Positions 26,566 to 41,263 of a DNA stretch of 64,000 nucleotides are shown here, one piece after another. This stretch comes from the human T2T-CHM13v2.0 reference genome, Homo sapiens. The first letter of the stretch is position 1. The number at the start of each line of letters is the position of its first letter. The notes beneath the pieces were generated by a model that had not been told where the DNA came from, did not search any database, and saw nothing but the letters and a program-made list of their open reading frames with translations. The stretch lies in assembly GCF_009914755.1 (NCBI RefSeq), contig NC_060927.1. One strand, 5' to 3'. Made by a program: the position numbers and the translations under genes.

Positions 26566-27483
26566 CTTTGTTTACCCTCTGTTCTGGGTATAAGTAACAT
26601 ATAAAGAGAGAGGCAAGAGACTGAAAATATTCTTTTAGAATGTTCTTGTATGGCCCAAGGTAGCTAATTATAGGTGACACTTATTGAATACTTGCTGTGT
26701 GGCAGGGGCTAAAGTAATAGTTGTAGACATTTTATTACTCTACTATGAAATAAACTCTGTGGCAGTCTCATTCAAACCTTCAATTGCTGATGGATTAATG
26801 AGGGAACAATGATTGAATGAATGAATATGTGGTATTCCAAGAAATAATCATTTAATCCCTTTCAGGAAAAAATCTGGTATTATACTGACATTTTCCAGGG
26901 TGTTAGGGTTTATTGACCACGTTGGCTTGGAGAGCCATCTGGTGGTAAGAGAGCGGAAGGAATGTGTGAAGAATCCTGGAGCTTGCATTGCTGTCTGAGT
27001 GGCCTTCTAATTTACCTACAATGATTAGGGTCAGAATGATTAGGAGCTGACTAGATTTCACATAAGGTTCTACTCTTACAACCTATTTGGTTTTGAATGT
27101 ACATTTCTACAAAAGTATGCTAATTTTCCTATAAGTGTATTTAGTTTATCAATAAACTAATACTCAGATATTCTGTCTCTGAGTAGATACTCAGATTTGG
27201 GAGAAAAAAATGCATAGGGTAAGGCATGTTAAGAAGAAGAAGGAGAAGGAGGAAAGGAAGGGGAAGGGAAGAAGACAAATATGATGGCCAAGCTTATCTA
27301 CAACAGGAAATAGAGATGCAATGGCACATGCTGCTCCTACCAGCCTCCCTCCCTCCGTGCTTCTTTTCTTTCCCCTTCTTTCAGTTCTCTCAGGTAGTTT
27401 TAGAGTTGCTACTTCTTAAAAGGTCTAGTTTCTCAGTATATATGTGAGCAATAGCTTTAGAATTGTCCGTGAAACAACAGTAA

Positions 27484-28012
<529 letters not shown>

Positions 28013-28284
28013 TGAATGCTTCTCGTTCCAGAACCCAGGCTGAAGAGAAAGCCCCAATGTCTCCTCAGCCTGGATTCTGGAATGAGCTCCAAGAGCAAGA
28101 AGCATGCTATTCTTGTGGTAGAGGGAAGAGATGATAAGATCTTTAAGAAACTCTCAATGGCGCTGAAAATTTCAGCTCAGAACCCATATTGATCTTTTTC
28201 TTTCATCTTTTACTGGTCAAAGCATGTCACGTGGCCAAACCTGATATTGATGGAGACAGAAATAGTTCTCACTATAAGAAGTGT

Positions 28285-28731
<447 letters not shown>

Positions 28732-28815
28732 TTACAATCCTCCTCTAGGCAAAGGTAGGCAGGTACTTGAGAAGAATAATTAAATTGATCTTAAACTTCA
28801 ATTAAGAGACCTTGC

Positions 28816-29112
28816 AGCTGGGCACCGTGGCTCACATCTGTAATCCCAGTACTTTGGGATACTGAGACAGGAATATTGCTTGAGCCTGGGAGTTTGAGAC
28901 TATTCTGGGCAATAGGAAAAGCCCCGCTGTGTAGAAAAAATTTTAAAAAAGAAAAAATCAGTTAGGAGTGGTGGCACAAGCCTGTAGTCTCAGCTACTTA
29001 GAAGGTAGGAGGATTGCTTGAGCCCAGGGGGTCGAGGCTGCAGTGAGCCCTGTTTGCACCACTGCACTGCAGCCTGGGTGACTGCAAGATTCTATCAAAA
29101 AAAAAAAAAAAA
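28816..29112 (+). mobile_element. AluJ
   Basis: TTGCTTGAGCCTGGGAG and GAGGCTGCAGTGAGC (J diagnostics); tail followed by (GA)n. Confidence 0.9.
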
Positions 29113-30352
29113 GAGAGAGAGAGAGTCTTTGTGTACCCCCAGGATGCATGCACATATGCCGAAGAAAGCAAAGTAAAACAGGCAGAAGGAAAACTAGATC
29201 GGGTGTCAGGAAGTTAGCTATTAACCTTAGGCTGTGAGATCTCTTCTAAAACACAAGTGAAGACAAATGATAAGAAATTAAGAGTAGTTCAATTCAATGA
29301 TGTCCCTCATCTCAGAATGGTAAGAAAAAGGAGAGTCTAGAGTACACATTTTCTGGCCTCAGTAGTTGACTGGTAAGCTCTGGGTCTTAAGGCATTAATG
29401 AGTATAGAACTCAGGAGATAATATGATATCCAGATTTGTTCCTTCAGCCATGGCAAATGTTTAATATTTAACACAAAGTGTTATTCAGTTATATTTCCAT
29501 ATGGGGAAAATTGGAGTAGTTTATGAATAAGACATATTGTGAAATTAAGATAAAGATAGAGAAACTCGTATCTTATGAGACAGCTTTTTAAAAATTAGGA
29601 ATGCAAACTATAACAGAGATTACACGGATGATATAAAAGTGGAATAGTAGCAAGAACTACCTGAGGGAAAAGAATTGGGGAAGTTAATTGATATTTGTAT
29701 CCAACATATGATAATGAAACTAATGTCTCTTGGTTCAAAAATAGTTTTGAAACACTAACCTAGAAGCAAACCAGAGCCAAAAAAAAAAACACTTTTATTT
29801 ATGAGAAAAATACTTTGAGTGAGAGATTAAAATCAATTTTTAAAAGAAATTTAAAGTATAGGACAAAACACTTGAATCAATGTAGAGACAGACAATATTT
29901 AGTGAAATTATCTAGACCACAACTCAGTGTTAAAGAGAAAATATGCATTTTAGATAGTCTGTAGACATTAGCTACTTTCATTGAATAATCTTTGAGACCC
30001 CATTCAAAGTGCAAGCCTACAGATGGTGGCTGGAACCCCTTGTGAAAGCAATCATCTCCTCTCCCCACAATTGCTCCTTTTCTGATTGGAGTGCTTAATT
30101 ATACTGGTTTCCTGTCTTTAAATGTGTTCCAGGACTATAAAGATTATTTTTTCCCCATCACTTGCTTTTAACTGAAGTCAAGCAATTCAAAGAAAGCATC
30201 ATCTTGCCTTAAATGTCTGAATATTTATCAAGAAAATATATACACAACTCCAATTTTCTTAGGGGTTCCTGTTTAGGAAACACAGGGATTAATTTCCTTG
30301 AGGTAGAGAATACACACTTGTTACATTATTGGTGTGATGGAAATTTGTGTTT

Positions 30353-30371
30353 TAACCACAAGGTGGCAGAA
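30353..30371 (+). promoter_or_regulatory. CTCF motif
   Basis: AACCACAAGGTGGCAGA, close to the CTCF core CCACCAGGTGGCAG. Confidence 0.55.
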
Positions 30372-32098
30372 TAAGCTAGGAGTTTCGTGCGCCCCTTCAA
30401 AAATCACTGGTTACTTCCGACATCGATCTAATTCAGATGAAAAATGCTATAATAGGTGTGTCTTCGTTAGCCTATATGCATGTGTAAGACAAGTGACTAC
30501 ATAAGTAACACTATCGAAAAAAGGTTAAAATGACTGAAGCCTCTTTCCTACCCTCAAGACAAATCCCACACAAAAGGTATTCTGAAGTTGATTTGTAGTG
30601 AATACTTATTTAGCTTCAAATAAACACTTTTAGCAGATGTTTTGAAAATGAAGTGGCCATATTTGTCACCACCCCCCACCCACACACACACTTCCTGCAT
30701 TGTGAACCCCGAGACTTGTCCCATCCACGGTCTGCTCCTGAGATTAAGGGGAAGATGTGTGGGGAAGCACCTGGATGCTGGTTCCAGGATGCTACCTTGA
30801 ATGTGCCTTGGATATCTGTGTCAGTAGAGAGAGGTGATGACCTTTCCCTCTTCTTCTATCCAACATTACATGGTTGGTTTACATAGATAGGTAAAATATA
30901 TGCTTAACTGTATGCTATAATCCAAAGGAAGTAGGATTGTCATGTTAAGACAATTATTATGACTGTCAATATGGTCAAATATATGAAGTTAATAACAACA
31001 AAACAGATTCAGTATGTCATCTATTAGTATTATAATTTAGTGTATCTGTGGCTGTGCAACTCCAAAGAAATCATATTTGATAATTGTTTTGGTATAATAA
31101 ATTCTGTATTTTAATAACTTACTGGTAATTGTATTGCTACAATGGAACCCAAACTTCTGAGGATTGCCTTCAAGACCCTTTGCTATCTGTTGTTTTTCTG
31201 CAATAGTCCCCTATTATTATCTAAACAGACCATGGTCTTTTATACCACTGTCTTTCCCAAGACTGTTACTTTTTTTTTTTTTTTGGAATGTGCTCTCTGC
31301 CTCTGTTCCTGCAACTGGCAAGCTTCTATTTTTCTTTCAAGAAGTGATTGAGAGACCACCTCTCTGAAATCTATTCTTCTGAATTCTGCCTTGAAAGCAG
31401 AAGTAATCATCGCCTTGTCTGAAATCCTGGAGTCATCATTCCTGTATTCATCACTTTGATCACTGATTTCCACTTGCTTTTGTGCATTTCCATCCACCCA
31501 AGGAGAGGAACCTCATTTCATTACTTTTGTATCCTTGATACCTACTGGGAAGCTTTAAATGGAAAGGGAACTTAATAAACCCCTTTTGGAAGGAGGAAAT
31601 AACACCAATAGATTCCTACGGTGCATATAGTAATGTATCGATACGTCATTATTTCTGTTTAAAGATAGCATTTATATTCAAAGATGATCGTGGTTTTAGA
31701 GTTTAAATTTAACTGATATATTTTATATTAAATTCAGAAAAAACTTCAAGTTATGTTTAATTGTAGAGCATGAACTATGTGACTATCAGTATTCAACTCC
31801 ACTCATTGTCTGGGAGGTCATACCTATAAAAGGATTCAGCCTTGTAAAATTGGAACCTAAATAACATGTTTTTGAGGACTATTTCTCTTAAGGTAATTCC
31901 TTAATATTTGAATTAGACAAAGCATTTATGAAGTGCATGTTAAAGGTCTGTGTCAAGTGTGCTTTACAATCAGATGACAGTTATAATTATCTAATAAACA
32001 ACAAGCTGATCTAGTTGTTTTAAAAACAAATTATCTGATCAGTATTGATGGGCTTAAAACAATAGAATCAGTTCCACCATTGTAAGAGGCTTCATAAA

Positions 32099-32099
<1 letters not shown>

Positions 32100-32131
<32 letters not shown>
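32100..32131. repeat. (CA)16 microsatellite
   Basis: Direct reading. Confidence 0.95.
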
Positions 32132-32133
<2 letters not shown>

Positions 32134-32212
32134 TTAGTACATAGTGATACAGTTACACAATTCTCAATCCTTTAGTTAAAGAAACTACAACAGCATGCAT
32201 ATACTAAGATAT

Positions 32213-32349
32213 CTATGTGAGGTAATGTATTTGTTAATTGGCTAGACTTAATCATTCCACATGCATATATACTTCAAAATAACAGGTTCTACATGATAAA
32301 TATACACAATTTTATGCGTCAATTTTAACAAATAAATTTGAAAAAAAAA
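32213..32349 (+). mobile_element. L1MA 3' terminal fragment
   Basis: CTATGTGAGGTAATGTATTTGTTAATTGGCTAGA...ATAAATATACACAATTTTAT then A tail. Confidence 0.8.
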
Positions 32350-32393
32350 TTGTTCACCAAAAAAGCCCACAAAAAATAGACTTTGCATTTTTC

Positions 32394-32739
<346 letters not shown>

Positions 32740-33104
32740 TAAAAGAGAGACTACCAAGAAAATGATAGAACACTGATTTTGTGCAAACAGAAAATTATTC
32801 AGTATTGTTTCAGAATTATGTAGTAGACATGACTGCCCAGAAGAATTATGATTTTCATAAGCTTATGACTGTATTTATGGATATGTGGTGTGCTTATTTT
32901 AGATTTTGGGGGTGGAATTTATCATTATGAGAAAGTAATCTACCTCATGAACGGCATCAACTACTTGCATGAAAAAACATTTTGATGTTATGAAGGAAGA
33001 TATACCTAAAGACACATAATGGGATAGGAGTTTGGGACCAGCATAAAGAGTCTTCGTTAGAGAAAGTTCAAATGCTCCCACTATTCTCCTTCATTTGAAG
33101 TAAG

Positions 33105-33145
33105 TGTGTGTGTGTGTGTGTGTGACAGAGACAGAGACAGAGAGA
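33105..33145. repeat. (TG)10 followed by (GACAGA)n
   Basis: Direct reading. Confidence 0.9.
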
Positions 33146-34323
33146 ACCACTATTTAGAAATTTTTAATAATATAAATAAAATTATAATCATTAAATTTGA
33201 ACTGTAAACATCATAGAATTTTAAAATTCCATTTAGACAGCATAGCATAAAATTTAATACTGTAAATATATAAAAATCTAAACCATCTCAAATGAGCCTT
33301 TCTTTAATTTTTGGTAAGCCTTAGATTAAGCATACCTAGAAAGAGTTAGTGATAGTTTCTACTTGAATCAGATAAAATACTATCATAAAATTGAAAAATC
33401 TGAATTTTTATATATGTATGTGCATATGTCTACAATTTGTTAAAGGTTAATTCTTTTCTATATTATACTTGATAAACATAATTATTCAAGTAACAATTCC
33501 AAGGGGCTTTCAGATTTTTAAAGCTAAGTATTGCATTTGTCTAAACAACTCCAAACTTATATTAACTGTGAAACAAAGAGAAGAAACTGGATTCTAAAGT
33601 AAACCATATTTAAATGAATTGATCAATGTATGTTTGTTTGTATCTCCCATGCCAGACTTGAATGGTCTTCAAAAACAGAGAAAATGACATTCATATTGTA
33701 TCATAATGCTTGATCATAAAGGTTGTATATTTCTAATTTTAATTGAATTGAAACAAAATTTGTTCCTCCAATGACAACAAGTTAGAAAGCTTTATTATTT
33801 CTCTGGTCCTAGAAATAAAATAGTTGAAAATTATATGTGTGTGTGTGTTTTTGTATACATATAAATATATACATAGACATACATATACATATATATAGAG
33901 AGAGAAACAGAGAGCCACAAAGACTAAGAGAAAAAGAGAAGTTTCAGACATATCTATTAAATACTTGGAAACCTGTCATAAAAATTCTCAAACTTGGAAC
34001 AGTATACTTTCTTATGTTATATTCTCCCTTCCATTCCAATTTCTTTAATGAAAAAGATCCACATTATCACATTATTCTGTTTATCAAACAAAAAAATTGG
34101 AGAAAGCTATAATAAATGTAGAAATAGTTTATTAAAATGTCTACTAGAATAAGGTTATGGTTAATTTTTTAGTCTTATTACACTATATGTATAATGTCTG
34201 TATAATTACATATATATTTAATTATGTAATACATATATCTAATATATGTAAAATGGTTCTAATAAAATATTAAAATAATTTTTAAAACACTCATTGTACT
34301 GATTGTTATTGAAAATATTATGA

Positions 34324-34845
<522 letters not shown>

Positions 34846-35254
34846 CCAAAACTCTACACTTATTTAAGGCTCTAATTATCTAAGTTAATTTTCTCTCTTA
34901 AAGATAAGAGTATGCAACTAATAATAAAATTGCCTTCAGATGTTTTGCATTAGACCCAATGAAATCTTAGAGATAATTTCCAAAGTACATTCATTAAAAT
35001 TCAAGTCCCTTAGACAATTTCAAATGCCAGAAACTTAAACAGGGTAGCTAGTCTTATCTTCTCATAGGAAGAATTTATGTAATTGCAAAATGTTTTAAAG
35101 TATTTTGAATCTTATTGTTTCCTTAAGTAAAAAGAAATTATGAAATGTTTAAAGTTAACATTTTGCTCGTATATGTGTTGCAGAATGAAACTAACAAAAT
35201 TGGAAATAAATATTCTTTATAGATTTTGCTACTGAGCAATAGGGCACAGGGAAA

Positions 35255-35440
35255 AGTTCGACATGGGTTCTAAAATCTGTCTCTGTTACTAGTTTTGTTA
35301 CCACATGACAAGTACTTACATTAGGTAACAGATAGAGCTATGTCCTGAATTGAGTGCAATTATTCTTACCTTGTAGGGATTGTTAGCTTCAAAAAGAGTA
35401 TGAGTAAATAAACAGCACAGTGCTTACCACAGAGCAAATA
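35255..35440 (+). mobile_element. MIR
   Basis: CATGGGTTCTAAAATC...GACAAGTACTTA...GGGATTGTTAG...AGCACAGTGCTTACCACAG. Confidence 0.6.
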
Positions 35441-36353
35441 TTTTTTTAAATGGCACCATGCATCATACATTTTCTGTGACCTGAATACATACGTCATTTG
35501 ACTTCCATAATTCTGTGAAGAAACAAAAGTTCAGAGAGAATGGCTTATTTACATCTTGTAAAGGTGGATATAGGCTTTGAATCCAAGAATTTGTGAAGTT
35601 CACATCACTAACTTCTCTACAATTCATGAGAACTGAATTTTTGTCTAAGTATTCACTGATCCAGTGACTTAGCTTTTTCGACTTTTAAGGGCTTTAATTT
35701 GTAAAGCAGTAAGACTAAATTCTATAATCTTTTTGCAATTATGATTCTAAGAGACAAATAAATTTAGAAGATAAATAAAATCAGTTGTTAATAAAAATGT
35801 GTCAAACAAGAGAACATTTTTCCCTATTCTGTATTCTAACAAGTTGTCTAAATGGTAACAGAAATTTGAAGCCATTTAGTAATACAAATTAGGGTTTATC
35901 ACTATTCCTATACAGATAAATCATATTTTTTCTGAATACACATGAGGCTTCCACGCAAAACTTACATGAAAGTTAATGACAATTATTTGAATAAATGAGC
36001 TTTATGGTTGTCTGGGAATATATTTCCAAACCAATGTGAGTAGATATTATGTTATTTAATTTTATTCAAAGAAACCCATTCAATAGGAAGCAGATTTTTC
36101 CAATAGAGGTAAAATGATATCAATAGCTCAATGTTTATTTGATCATTTGCTTTTTATTTCAATGTAAGATTTACTTTTCAAAAAAATTTTGGAAAGTCTA
36201 CACTAATAATTAAAAAGAAAATTTGGTTAAAGTACTGTAAAATATGTTGTTATATTTTGATTCAGATGTGTTACTAGGATAACCCCAAATAATCTAGCAC
36301 TAAATAATTTGCTAACTTTACTAATAAATGAAGTTCTTCAAATTCCTTTAAAA

Positions 36354-36400
36354 ATCCTGCACATGTACCACCGAATCTAAAATAAAAGTTAAAAATAAAA
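36354..36400 (+). mobile_element. Very short L1PA 3' terminus
   Basis: ATCCTGCACATGTACCACCGAATCTAAAATAAAAGTTAAAAA matches an old L1PA end. Confidence 0.7.
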
Positions 36401-36765
36401 GACAAGTGTTCAAATTTTCTATGGTTAATATTCTCTATACAGTGTCAGGATCTACAACACTACTTTAATTTATCTCTAGATAGAAAAAGAAAATTCAGAC
36501 AGCTAAACTCAGCAAAAGTACTAGTGACATTTTTAGAAACATTAGCAAAAAAAAAAATCAGGTTTACTGTAATAGAACTCTGTTGTAAAGGAGCTCAGTG
36601 CAGATGAATTGAGTGGTATCTCTCCAAGTATACTGCCCATGCCAAAAGAAAACAAAGCAAAGCAAAGCAATAAAAAAGAGAACCATGTGACATGGACCGC
36701 TGAGTTAGTACTGTTTGAGTTCTCTCATTCAATTTGATTTGCTTACGTTTTCTTACCTCTAAAAT

Positions 36766-36913
36766 AGAATTTGTGGGTTTGTTTTGCATCCAGTTGAAGT
36801 TCAGCAGGAAGGTCAGTGATGGGCTGGAATGGAGATGTAGCAGATATTGACACTTCCGTATGAAAAAAATAATCGGGCCCCTCTACAAGGTGTGTGTGAA
36901 TACTGACTCTCAG
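36766..36913 (+). repeat. 148-bp perfect dispersed direct repeat, copy 1
   Basis: Identical to 37539-37686. Confidence 0.97.
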
Positions 36914-37538
36914 ACCTTGGTAATTCCAAAGATATTGTAATTATCTCCTTTTGTCATTGAAATAATCAATACCTCCTTGAAATACAAATGAATTAAGTGT
37001 GTAAATGTTCAAGTCCAATTGTCCTTTTTAAAAACATTTAGACTAGGAGAGAGTGGTTACTCTACCGCTCAGCAAGAAAATACTCTTGAAAATAGCCTTG
37101 GGTTTTTGATGGGAGGAATTGTTACCTTTATTTTCTTCACTAGATCAGGGGACAAACCTGGAGAAGTAAGGTCAAAATAATCTATCTAGTGTAAAGAGAA
37201 GACACCAACTTTTAGCTAGGACCAAGAAAAAAGAAAGAGAATGTAATGTTGGGGATGGAAATGAAAATGCAACCTCTTTTCTGTCCCTGGGATTTTGTTG
37301 TTAACAAGAGGGAGAGGGAGGAGCAAAATAAACAACCAGACATGATTACATAGTTTATCTCATTCAAGACAACCTTAGAGTAAACAGAGATGCATAAAAT
37401 CATCGGAAAGAAATTTGGTTGTGTATTATAAAGTTGTAGAACAGGCACTTTAACCCAAGACATTTTCAGGTAAAGGAGGAGCCCTAAGTTTAACTTTCCT
37501 AGCTGTCCTCAATCTCTCTTGACATGAACACTGAGTTG

Positions 37539-37686
37539 AGAATTTGTGGGTTTGTTTTGCATCCAGTTGAAGTTCAGCAGGAAGGTCAGTGATGGGCTGG
37601 AATGGAGATGTAGCAGATATTGACACTTCCGTATGAAAAAAATAATCGGGCCCCTCTACAAGGTGTGTGTGAATACTGACTCTCAG
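37539..37686 (+). repeat. 148-bp perfect dispersed direct repeat, copy 2
   Basis: Identical to 36766-36913. Confidence 0.97.
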
Positions 37687-38909
37687 TAACCAAATTGAGA
37701 AGTTATTTTACTGCCATTTTCTGAATGTGAGAGTTCAAATTTTGCTTTTGAAGTTTTTGCTTGATGATTTGGTAGAGAATTAAATTATATGGCTCTTTTC
37801 ATCACCACATATGAATACACGTCCAATTACTTATATCTTAGAGCAGATTAATGAAGTGTAAAAAGCATTTTTGTCAATTATATTAAAACAAAGAAATGAA
37901 TAGCAAAAATCAATTATGTGAAATCACAAAGCTCATTTTATTACTGTTTAGAAAGCAGAAATCATATTGACCTGACATCTCTTGCTCTTTCCTTTTCTTT
38001 TCTCCCTTGATTTACTTTGCAAAAAATGCTTTCTGGGTTATCATAAAACCCTTTGTTTTCATTACATTGCAATGAGATTTGTATCGGATGGAAATGTATT
38101 AACTCATTTTCCTGGCAATCTAAAACACCATTACATTTGCTTCATCTGCATTTTTCACTATTTGAAATACCTTATGTAGATGGCAAAATAAATATGCATA
38201 CACAAATATATGTGATTTTATCAAAATATTGCACATTGAAACCCTTCAATCTCACCACTGAGAATCTCTCGTCTTTAATGAGAATTTGAGACTCAAAGTT
38301 TAGTGCTTACTAGTGTCTGTGCAATATTGGAACCATGTCAAAAGTAAGTGTCTGTTGAAATAAACAGACTGTGACTTCTAGATCATTTCTTAGACCAAAT
38401 GGCAAGGCTTAAAATGATTCTCATTCATAACCATGTAATTTTAAAACCTGTTAAAAGTAAGCAGTTTCACATGGTGCCTGATAGAATTTAATGTCTCTTG
38501 GAAATACGGTCAGCGATGCAGCTGAATTCCTCAACCACAGAAATTTGGGGAAATATCTCAATATCATAAAGAACAAACAATTCATCTTTCTAGAAGATTC
38601 CGTGTTTAAAGACAATATATGATAAGCCTTCTTGACACATTATTGCATCTATAGACACATAATGCCTCTATTCTGCATAATTAAATGCATAAAATTATTT
38701 TTACAGCATGTACTTGAAGTCAATGACAGTAATCTCAATTTTGCAATACTTTTTGTTAGTTTATAGACAATGCCTTGTAAGACTTTTATTTACTGCTTAA
38801 TTAACATTCCATAGTCTCTACTAGTTACAAACAATAATGTCTTGCCATAACAATGGTTTGAAAAAAGTTACTTCTTATTAAGGATGTTATTTTAAACAAG
38901 AAAAATTCA

Positions 38910-39214
38910 GGCCAGGTACAGTGGCTCATGCCTGTAATCCCAGCATTTTCTGAGGCTGAGGGTGGCAGATTGTTGAGCCCAGAATTTCCAGGCTAGCCTA
39001 GGTAGCATGGCAAGTCCCTGTCTCTAAAAAATTAAACAAAAAAAATTAGCTAGGCCTTTAATGGTGCATCCCAGTAGTCCCAGCTATTGGGGAGGCTGAG
39101 ATGGCAGAATCCTTTGAGTCCTGGAGGCCTTGTCTGGATCGTGCCACTGCACTCCAGCCTGGGCGACAGAGTGAGACCCTGTCTCAAACAAACAAACAAC
39201 AACAATAAAAAAAA
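38910..39214 (+). mobile_element. AluJ
   Basis: TTGAGCCCAG and GGCAAGTCCCTGTCTC; (AAAC)n tail; right-arm deletion. Confidence 0.9.
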
Positions 39215-39264
39215 GAATTCAAGAATTCAAAGATTTGATTAGGTTTTAAGTTATTAAGTAAAAT

Positions 39265-39483
39265 AAGGGTTATTTGAGCACAAGCACTGCAACACTGTGA
39301 CAGCAGATCTGATAACAGAGACAGCTAATAAGTGACAAACAGGTGGGTAGTGGTAGTGTACACACACTGGAATAAGGGACGATTCACAATTTTAGACTTC
39401 TGAAGTATTTATTTCTGGAATTTTCCATTTAATATTCTCAAACCACTGTTGACTGCAGGTAAGATATACAGAGGGGACTACTG
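39265..39483 (+). mobile_element. MER44-family (TcMar-Tigger) 3' part
   Basis: ATTTCTGGAATTTTCCATTTAATATT...GTTGACTGCAGGTAA...GGGGACTACTG followed by TA. Confidence 0.75.
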
Positions 39484-40014
39484 TATGGAACCAAAATATG
39501 TAAATTGAAAAACAGCCTTCAACATTTCTATGAAATCAGAACAAAGTAGTGAAAATGTATTGTTTAATTAGAATGTAATAAATAAATGTATTAAAATATT
39601 TTGATATCTAACTTAAAAAATGGATCCACAGGCACCTGTTTCTTTGTATTCATAGAACAAATTCTGTTGTTAACCTTTTTAAGGTAAAATAGTTAAGCGC
39701 ATGATATGGCTACTTGGAGAACCTTTCCTTCCTCACCAACCTAATAGGAGAGATGTCTTTGACAATCAAAAGTTAAAACTCTCACGTTATAATTTGCTTT
39801 AAAATAATAGCAAAAATAACATAATAACACATAATAAAACATTTAACAAAAATAATATAGTAATCTTCATAATCACATACTTTTTCTAAAACAGAACTAT
39901 TTTAATATTACATTTTATTTCTGCCAAAGCGCTCATAACAGTGACACTTTTTTGGTTCTAATTTTATACTTTCTCCCTGGTGATTGCATCAATAGGTATG
40001 GCATGAGGTACCAC

Positions 40015-40463
40015 CGACAATGACCCTCAAATATATATCATCAGCCAATAACTCTCTACTGAGTTCGAGAGAGATTTTTTTTCCTGTCTGCCAGTTTGAC
40101 ATTACTACCTGGATTTGACATTCAGAACTCAACAAAGCCAAAATGAAACTCAAGATCTGTCAAAATGTACATTGAGAGAAAGGCATTGCTATCTATCCTG
40201 TAATACAGGTAGATTCCTTTAAGTCATATTAGCTCTTCCTTGATCTTCGCATTCCATATTCAACCATAACCAAGTCTGCTCAATTGTGCCTACTAATCCC
40301 TTTCAAATCTATCCATTGTTAAAAAACCTAGCCATGGCTACTCTTGTCAAAATTGCTCAGTGGCTATCGCTTCCTAGCTGACTTGGCCTCTACTCCACCC
40401 CACTAAGAGTAGCCTGCATGATGTTTTTGAATTACAAATATTTAACTCACCCACACCTTGTAA

Positions 40464-40511
<48 letters not shown>

Positions 40512-40950
40512 CCTTCCCTGGATTCCCAGTGTTCTTAAGATGGAAGTCCCTTAAATGACTTACTTATAAGACCCTGCATGATCTGTCCCCAGTTATTCTC
40601 CAGAGTCATCTTGCAGGACGTGACCCCTTGCTCTGTGCTGGATACATCATTCTTCCTCCAGCTAAGTATTTTCTGTGTGTGTTTCTTCCTTTGCCTGGAC
40701 ATTTTTTCCACCAGCACTCACACACTATTTTTCTCATAAGTCAGACTTCATTTCTCCTGGAAACCCTTCCTTGAAATCTTTGACTTGGTTGGTAGCTACT
40801 GTTTTTCACCTGCATATCACCTGACACTTGCCTCCGTAGTATGTATCATGCCTCCATTTGAATCTATTTGAGTGATTTGTTGATTAATTACTATTTATTT
40901 ATATGTCCTAAATTCCTTAAAACAGCCATAGTAGGTGCTCAATAAATATA
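40015..40950 (+). mobile_element. L2 3' region with embedded (CA)n
   Basis: CAGAACTCAACA, CATAACCAAGTCTG, AGACCCTGCATGATCTG, GGAAACCCTTCC and terminal CATAGTAGGTGCTCAATAAATAT. Confidence 0.75.
40465..40510. repeat. (CA)~22 microsatellite
   Basis: Direct reading. Confidence 0.95.
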
Positions 40951-41038
40951 CTGAGCACCTACTAATTTATATTAATAAATTAATAATATATTACTCAGCA
41001 GCTATGTAAATATTTGGCACATAACATTACATTACATT

Positions 41039-41263
41039 GGCCAGGCATGGCGGCTCACGCCTGTAATCCCCAGCACTTTGGGAGGCCGAGGTGGGTGGAT
41101 CACTTGAGGTCGGATTTCAAGACCAGGGTGGGCAACATGTCAAAACCCCATCTCTACTAAAAATACAAACAATTAACCAGGCTTGGTGGTGTGCACCTGT
41201 AATCCCAGCTACTCGGTATGCTGAGGAATGAAAAAAATTGGTTGAGCCTGGGAGGTGGAGGTT
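41039..41263 (+). mobile_element. AluS, 3'-truncated
   Basis: Ends abruptly at GGAGGTGGAGGTT; no tail. Confidence 0.9.

Noticed and set aside
27226-27447. 73-aa ORF with an Arg-rich start
   Set aside because: Product of a low-complexity purine tract.
32923-32985. Peptide ...LMNGINYLHEK resembling a kinase GxxYLH motif
   Set aside because: Stop codon follows within three codons, with no HRD motif; best explained by chance.
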